Source of the DNA: a virus
Taxonomy: Duplodnaviria > Heunggongvirae > Uroviricota > Caudoviricetes
Strand: one strand, 5' to 3'
Virus record (IMG/VR): IMGVR_UViG_2531839663_000008
Span: 1-42,768 of that record
Length of the DNA: 42,768 bases
How positions within the stretch are numbered: position 1 is the stretch's first letter; every line of letters starts with the position of its first letter. Below, piece by piece: positions 38,389 to 42,768 of this stretch. The translations under genes were made by a program, and so were the position numbers. Below the pieces are notes generated by a model. It did not search any database, was not told the origin of the DNA, and saw only the letters and a list, made by a program, of their open reading frames with translations.

Positions 38389-39107
38389 ATGACGACATCA
38401 TTAACCGCTACACGCTAATGCTCATCAAACAATATTGGGAAAAGAAAAAAGCAAGATCAGAGATACAGGCCATGCTCAGGCACTGGCAAATCATCGCCGA
38501 TTTTATTCGTAACCCAGATAACTTTGATCTCGACCGGGTTACCGGATACCGGCTTGATGTCATTGGCCGGATAGTCGGCCTTCACCGTAGTGTGCCTGCT
38601 GTTATTGCCCGTGTATTTTTCGGGTTTGACGGACATCTGAATACCGCAGGCTTCGACAGTAAATCTAATGCGGCGTATGTCGGCGCACCTTTCTACAGCA
38701 AGTTTTCGCCGGCATATGGTGACTATCAACTGGCTGACAATGAGTATCGCAGGTTCCTTCGGGTCAAAATTGCGCGAAACGCCGCAGGTGCAACGATAGC
38801 GTCAGACGATCGGGTCAGCCTGCAGGATGTTATACAGACGGCTTTCAACGGCGAAGCTTACGTGACCGACAGAAAAGACATGACGCTTGCTTTGAACGTT
38901 TCGCCGCGGGTATCAGTTGAAGAGTTACGCCTGATTGTGAAGCTTGGCCTGCTGCCGAAACCTGCGGGCGTTCGATACGATTATTTTTATCAGGTGACTC
39001 CTGGTCTGACATTCGGTTTCTCGCGAAACCCTTCGGCCAGAGGATTCGCCAGCAAGTTTAATACCGCCTACCAGGGCGGTTTTTTTTCGAGGAAAATCCA
39101 TGTCTAA
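38385..39107 (+). CDS. Tail protein (gpI-like baseplate component)
   Basis: 240 aa, positional. Confidence 0.5.
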   Translation: MNDDIINRYTLMLIKQYWEKKKARSEIQAMLRHWQIIADFIRNPDNFDLDRVTGYRLDVIGRIVGLHRSVPAVIARVFFGFDGHLNTAGFDSKSNAAYVGAPFYSKFSPAYGDYQLADNEYRRFLRVKIARNAAGATIASDDRVSLQDVIQTAFNGEAYVTDRKDMTLALNVSPRVSVEELRLIVKLGLLPKPAGVRYDYFYQVTPGLTFGFSRNPSARGFASKFNTAYQGGFFSRKIHV

Positions 39108-39996
39108 GATTGTACGATATCAGGGAGATGTTCGGGCTTTTGCCTCTGATGCACAGGGAATGGAAAGAACCGTGTTTGGTGGAACAAATCAGGCGGATGA
39201 CCTGACCTCGCAAATTACGGCATCTTTCCTTCGCGGATGGGGCATTGTTGGCGCTTCCGAACACCCCTCGCTTGAGGACTTCAATGCGGCAATGTATGCA
39301 ATGAGTCAGTTCATTGCGTATCAGCACCAAATGGGGGTTCCAGAGTGGCATGCAGAACAGGAATATCATATCGGTTCGATCTGCACACATAACGGTGAAT
39401 CTTATCAGTCCTTACAAAATGCAAATATTGGTAGCCAGCCGCCATCAGCAAAATGGACTCCTGTATTAACGTCAAAAAACGGTCTCGCAAACCTTCGTTT
39501 GGGAGCGGGTGCACCTGCCATCGGTATTCCGTTCTTCTGGCCATCCTCGGCGATGCCTAATACTGTTATGACAGAATGGGCCGATATGGTGTTTTTGAAG
39601 TTCAACGGGGCGACATTCTCAGCGGCTACTTACCCGAAACTGGCACTGGTAATCCCCAGCCTGACGCTACCAGATGCTCGCGGTGAGTTTCCGCGCATCT
39701 GGGATGACGGGCGAGGCGTTGATAGTGGGCGGGCGCTTTTATCTACTCAGGGTGATGCAGTGCAACGAATGACGGGTTCATTGTCGCAAATGGTGTATTC
39801 AATTGCTCAACAAGCATCCGATATAAATGGCGTATTTAGTGCGACATCAGGCACACCTAATATTGTGCAGGCGTACTCATCAGCTGGCGCATTACGCTAT
39901 ATGAATGTTAGCTTTGATACACAAAATGTCGTGAGAACATCAACAGAAACTCGCTCCCGCAATATCGCGTTTAACTTCCTCGTAAGGGCGAAATAA
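39100..39996 (+). CDS. Tail fibre protein, current variant (N-terminal constant part outside, C-terminal part inside the invertible segment)
   Basis: 298 aa; contains the left crossover-like site at 39457-39482; followed by tail fibre assembly gene. Confidence 0.6.
   Translation: MSKIVRYQGDVRAFASDAQGMERTVFGGTNQADDLTSQITASFLRGWGIVGASEHPSLEDFNAAMYAMSQFIAYQHQMGVPEWHAEQEYHIGSICTHNGESYQSLQNANIGSQPPSAKWTPVLTSKNGLANLRLGAGAPAIGIPFFWPSSAMPNTVMTEWADMVFLKFNGATFSAATYPKLALVIPSLTLPDARGEFPRIWDDGRGVDSGRALLSTQGDAVQRMTGSLSQMVYSIAQQASDINGVFSATSGTPNIVQAYSSAGALRYMNVSFDTQNVVRTSTETRSRNIAFNFLVRAK
39457..39482. repeat. Left inversion crossover site (candidate)
   Basis: ACTCCTGTATTAACGTCAAAAAACGG; shares the CTCCTGT core and flanking AAACGG with the right site in inverted orientation. 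Confidence 0.45.
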
Positions 39997-40589
39997 TGAA
40001 ACCTGTATTTGATGAAAATGGGCTGGCTAGAGTGCCGGGTGATATGCGTTGTTTTTATTATAATGCAGTAACGTATGAATATACCGGCTGGTCTGATGAA
40101 TATATTAATACTGGCGTAAGTATGCCCGCCTGTTCCACTGGTATTGACCCGGGCGAAAACATTCCGGGAAAAGTGGCAGTATTTACAGGTAAGGGATGGA
40201 GCCATGAAGAGGACCATCGCAATGAGACTGTTTACTCAATCGAAAATGGCGCAGCTGTTACAGTGGATTATATCGGTGACATCAAAAACGGTTATGTCAC
40301 GCTTTCACCGTTAACGCCATATGATAAATGGGATGGTGAGAAATGGGTGACAGATTCTGAGGCACAACACGGTGCCGCAGTAGAAGCAGCAGAAGCACAG
40401 CGCCAGTCGCTGATTGATACTGCAATGGCTTCCATCAGTCTGATTCAACTGAAATTGCAGGCCGGACGTAAACTGACGCAGGCAGAAACCACCCGACTTA
40501 ACGCTGTGCTGGATTACATTGACGCGGTGACGGCAACAGATACCAGCACCGCGCCGGATGTCATCTGGCCTGAACTGCCGGAGGCGTAG
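39996..40589 (+). CDS. Tail fibre assembly protein (variant 1)
   Basis: 197 aa; C-terminal TSTAPDVIWPELP shared with the convergent paralogue. Confidence 0.7.
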   Translation: MKPVFDENGLARVPGDMRCFYYNAVTYEYTGWSDEYINTGVSMPACSTGIDPGENIPGKVAVFTGKGWSHEEDHRNETVYSIENGAAVTVDYIGDIKNGYVTLSPLTPYDKWDGEKWVTDSEAQHGAAVEAAEAQRQSLIDTAMASISLIQLKLQAGRKLTQAETTRLNAVLDYIDAVTATDTSTAPDVIWPELPEA

Positions 40590-41013
40590 GCCATTCAATA
40601 TCTGGCGCACTGGAGGAATCAACCAGTTCCAGTGCGTCCAGATAATCCAGCCACAAATTATATTGCGCCAGTTCATCATCTTTCAGACGACCAATAGCGG
40701 CTTTACCGGGCCATTGCTTACTGTTCATGTATTCGTTGGCCTGGTTAATTAGTAACTGTCTTTCTGATTCAGTAATTTCAATAAGCTCTTCATGCGTGGG
40801 TGGAGGAATATCTGCCCACGCAGGCAGCCCATCATCTCCGGCAATACGGATTTTTCCTTGTGGCGGTTCAGCCATAAACTCACTGATAATATTCTGATTT
40901 ACTTCCTTAGCGTCTGATAAATCCCATCCCTCTGATTTATATTTATCAATCATATCCACAGGAAAAAAAGCATTATACCTTGCGCTATAAACATATTCGT
41001 TCATATAAATCAC
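40561..41013 (-). CDS. Tail fibre assembly protein (variant 2)
   Basis: 150 aa; C-terminal SSSAPDIEWPTPP; 3' ends of the two assembly genes overlap convergently. Confidence 0.7.
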   Translation of the reverse strand: MIYMNEYVYSARYNAFFPVDMIDKYKSEGWDLSDAKEVNQNIISEFMAEPPQGKIRIAGDDGLPAWADIPPPTHEELIEITESERQLLINQANEYMNSKQWPGKAAIGRLKDDELAQYNLWLDYLDALELVDSSSAPDIEWPTPPAVQAR

Positions 41014-41024
41014 CCTGAATAAAA

Positions 41025-41471
41025 TTACTCACCAACAGCCCACCAACTGTAATTCATCGATACCGTGTCGCTGGTTGATGACGTTCTGTAAGCAGAATTA
41101 AAACCGGTTAACGTTGGGCCTTCTGCCGTCATCACGAACCCTCGCCCAGCGCCTAAAGGCGCACCGCCATCACCAGAATGAGTAAGCATGGCGCAGTCCG
41201 CTTTTTTGGGGAAAGGGATGCTGAATGTAATTCTCATTGTTTGCGTCGATAATGTCGGCGTAACCGCACCACGACCATATTGCAGGATTTTCCCGTTGGG
41301 TAATTTCATCCATCCATCACCACTGGCAAAAGAGGCCATGTCCGGTATCTGATTTTCCCCTGTCCCAACATTTCGTTTTGCCGCTTCTCCCAAACCAACC
41401 TTTTTAAAACCCTCAAGTATCTGGCGATCTCTCGCCGTTTCTCCTGTTTTCACAACAGGAGAAATACCCAT
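41025..41471 (-). CDS. Alternative tail-fibre C-terminal segment, expressed only after inversion
   Basis: 148-aa ORF whose 5' end coincides with the right crossover site; the ATG in the ORF track is probably not a real start. Confidence 0.55.
   Translation of the reverse strand: MGISPVVKTGETARDRQILEGFKKVGLGEAAKRNVGTGENQIPDMASFASGDGWMKLPNGKILQYGRGAVTPTLSTQTMRITFSIPFPKKADCAMLTHSGDGGAPLGAGRGFVMTAEGPTLTGFNSAYRTSSTSDTVSMNYSWWAVGE
41435..41467. repeat. Right inversion crossover site (candidate)
   Basis: CCGTTTCTCCTGTTTTCACAACAGGAGAAATAC, internally palindromic (TTCTCCTGT / ACAGGAGAA), immediately upstream of the invertase ATG. Confidence 0.5.
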
Positions 41472-42021
41472 GATTTACGGCTATGCCCGAGTATCAACAA
41501 ACCACCAGGACACCGAACTTCAGCGAATCGCGCTCGAATCAGCAGGGTGCGAACACATAATGGAAGAGCATGCCAGCGGTAGAAAATCAAACCGCCCCGT
41601 ACTGAAGCGCCTAATTACGGCGATGCATACGGGAGATGAGTTGGTGGTCTGGAAGCTGGACAGGATTGGGCGTAACGTTTTACATGCGCTGCTGATGTTT
41701 CAGCAACTACAGGAGAAGGGCATTAACTTCCGAAGTATTACCGATGGTGTTGATCTCAAAACAGCCAGTGGTCGCTATAACTTTCGCAACATCCTCTCTG
41801 CGGCACAATACGAATCCGACCTTAATAGTGAGCGCACTTTGGCGGGTTTAGCTGTTGCCAGGGCAAAAGGTCGTGTTGGTGGCAGAAGACCAAAGTTTAC
41901 TGACGATCAGTGGAAGGAAATTGGTGAACTGATAGCTGCCGGAGAATCCAGACAGATTATTGCCAGCAGGTATAATGTTGGCATGTCCACGCTGTATAAG
42001 AAGTTTCCCGCTGGATGCTAG
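41470..42021 (+). CDS. Serine recombinase, DNA invertase (Hin/Gin/Cin/Pin family)
   Basis: 183 aa; N-terminal IYGYARVSTNHQDTELQ with catalytic Ser, central resolvase domain, C-terminal HTH. Confidence 0.9.
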   Translation: MIYGYARVSTNHQDTELQRIALESAGCEHIMEEHASGRKSNRPVLKRLITAMHTGDELVVWKLDRIGRNVLHALLMFQQLQEKGINFRSITDGVDLKTASGRYNFRNILSAAQYESDLNSERTLAGLAVARAKGRVGGRRPKFTDDQWKEIGELIAAGESRQIIASRYNVGMSTLYKKFPAGC

Positions 42022-42114
42022 ATAGTTGCTGTGGGCCGTGATTTTACGCCACGACCCACAGCTGTAGGCCAGGTGTTCATGCCGTGGCGCTGGCGCAAGT
42101 ATAGGGGGAATCAC

Positions 42115-42357
42115 TCATTCAGCAACAAGCCAGAACTCTGCTTCTTCAAACATTTCCTGAACCACACGGCTAATCTGCTCCTTCTCATGCTTGCTGGCGT
42201 CAGTATTGATCGCCGGCAACGTCATCATAGGTTTCACCCTCACATCAGCATCAGGGAAGATACGGTGAACCCTCCTGGTCAACTCGCCCAGAATGATATC
42301 TTTTGCACCGGGCAGACCATCAAAATTCCTTTTGTCATAAACGAGTTCCACGAACAT
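42115..42357 (-). CDS. dinI: DinI-like DNA-damage-inducible protein
   Basis: 80 aa; ELTRRVHRIFPDADVRV ... ISRVVQEMFEEAEFWLVAE closely parallels E. coli DinI (ELSRRIQYAFPD ... ISEILQETWESADDWFVSE, from memory). Confidence 0.8.
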   Translation of the reverse strand: MFVELVYDKRNFDGLPGAKDIILGELTRRVHRIFPDADVRVKPMMTLPAINTDASKHEKEQISRVVQEMFEEAEFWLVAE

Positions 42358-42372
42358 TGCTCATTGCTCCTT

Positions 42373-42416
42373 TACTGGATGGGTATACAGTATTTATACT
42401 GTGTTTTTATCCAGCA
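42373..42416. promoter_or_regulatory. Two LexA (SOS) boxes in the divergent dinI-like / umuD-like intergenic region
   Basis: TACTGGATGGGTATACAGTA (42373-42392, matches TACTG-N10-CAGTA) and TACTGTGTTTTTATCCAGCA (42397-42416, one half-site degenerate). Confidence 0.7.
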
Positions 42417-42435
42417 TTCAAGAGAGGGCGTAAAC

Positions 42436-42768
42436 ATGGGCTTTCCTTCACCATCTACCGACTATATAGAGCAGCGGGTTACGCCAGCCAGTGTCTGCAT
42501 GACTCCCGACAGTCGCATCCTCGAGACGTCGGCGGGTTATGCGATCATCGTCCCGGTCACGCGCCCACAGCAGGGTGATGCGCTGTTGATTCTGTCCGGA
42601 GGTCGGACGCAGTTTGCGAAGCTTAGGGGGAAAGCGTTAATCACGGATGACGGCGAAGCGATCGAAGGTGATGCAGCTGAAGAGGCTGAGGTTATGAGGC
42701 GGGTGACGCACTTTATCAACAGCACTGATGCTGCGATACCTCTTGAGGCGGCATTGGCGCAGTTTTGA
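42436..42768 (+). CDS. UmuD'-like protein (starts at the position equivalent to the UmuD cleavage product)
   Basis: Start ATG with AGAGAGGG RBS downstream of the LexA boxes; N-terminus MGFPSPSTDYIEQR parallels UmuD' GFPSPAADYVEQR; no SGDSM-type catalytic Ser motif seen by eye. Confidence 0.55.
   Translation: MGFPSPSTDYIEQRVTPASVCMTPDSRILETSAGYAIIVPVTRPQQGDALLILSGGRTQFAKLRGKALITDDGEAIEGDAAEEAEVMRRVTHFINSTDAAIPLEAALAQF

Larger units (their letters stand above)
39460..41460. mobile_element. Invertible tail-fibre host-range segment (Mu G / P1 C / e14 P-like)
   Basis: Two convergent fibre-C-terminus plus assembly-protein gene pairs, flanked by inverted repeats, with a serine invertase gene abutting the right end. 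Confidence 0.65.
1..42768. mobile_element. Lambdoid prophage with integrase, immunity, replication, nin, lysis, packaging, head and contractile-tail modules plus an invertible tail-fibre segment; att sites not visible in window
   Basis: Gene order and strand polarity match temperate lambdoid phages; nearly every large ORF has a recognisable phage function. Confidence 0.85.

Noticed and set aside
42031-42435. N-terminal extension of the UmuD'-like ORF back to 42031
   Set aside because: The extension runs across the LexA boxes and the dinI-like gene on the other strand; the ATG at 42436 has an RBS and sits at the expected distance from the SOS boxes.
1-42768. Searched by eye for CRISPR repeats, tRNA or rRNA genes and attL/attR
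   Set aside because: No regularly spaced short repeats or tRNA-like structures found. The window starts at the int ATG and ends at the UmuD'-like stop, so any att sites lie outside it.

Overview
The whole window is a temperate-phage (prophage) genome with lambdoid organisation, read by eye from the sequence and the ORF track; no database searches were run. Left to right: a tyrosine integrase and convergent AlpA/Xis-like gene; a leftward early operon (minus strand) carrying a Dam-family methyltransferase translationally coupled to a DGQHR-motif (DndB/ParB-superfamily-like) protein, a YqaJ-like exonuclease and RecT, a coiled-coil protein, small membrane peptides and a TerB-like protein; an immunity region with a CI-like S24 repressor flanked by two operator arrays (consensus ATTTAGC-N5-GCTAAAT) and a Cro-like gene; O-like and P-like replication genes with iterons inside O; a nin-like region (DUF551 protein, NinB, phosphatase, DUF1364, RusA) interrupted by an AT-rich insertion encoding a PIN-like protein; a Q-like antiterminator with a late promoter and tandem terminators; a lysis cassette (holin, lysozyme, Rz with embedded Rz1); an AT-rich moron island; then terminase, portal, head genes and a contractile-tail/baseplate module ending in an invertible tail-fibre segment with a serine invertase; and finally a divergent dinI-like / umuD'-like pair sharing LexA boxes. 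No rRNA, tRNA or CRISPR array was seen. The most promising candidates for something undescribed are the Dam + DGQHR pair, the AT-rich PIN-like insertion, the reverse-oriented DUF4236-like gene inside the baseplate cluster, and the SOS-boxed UmuD'-like protein that lacks the catalytic serine motif. All are inferences from motifs and context and need profile searches and experiments.
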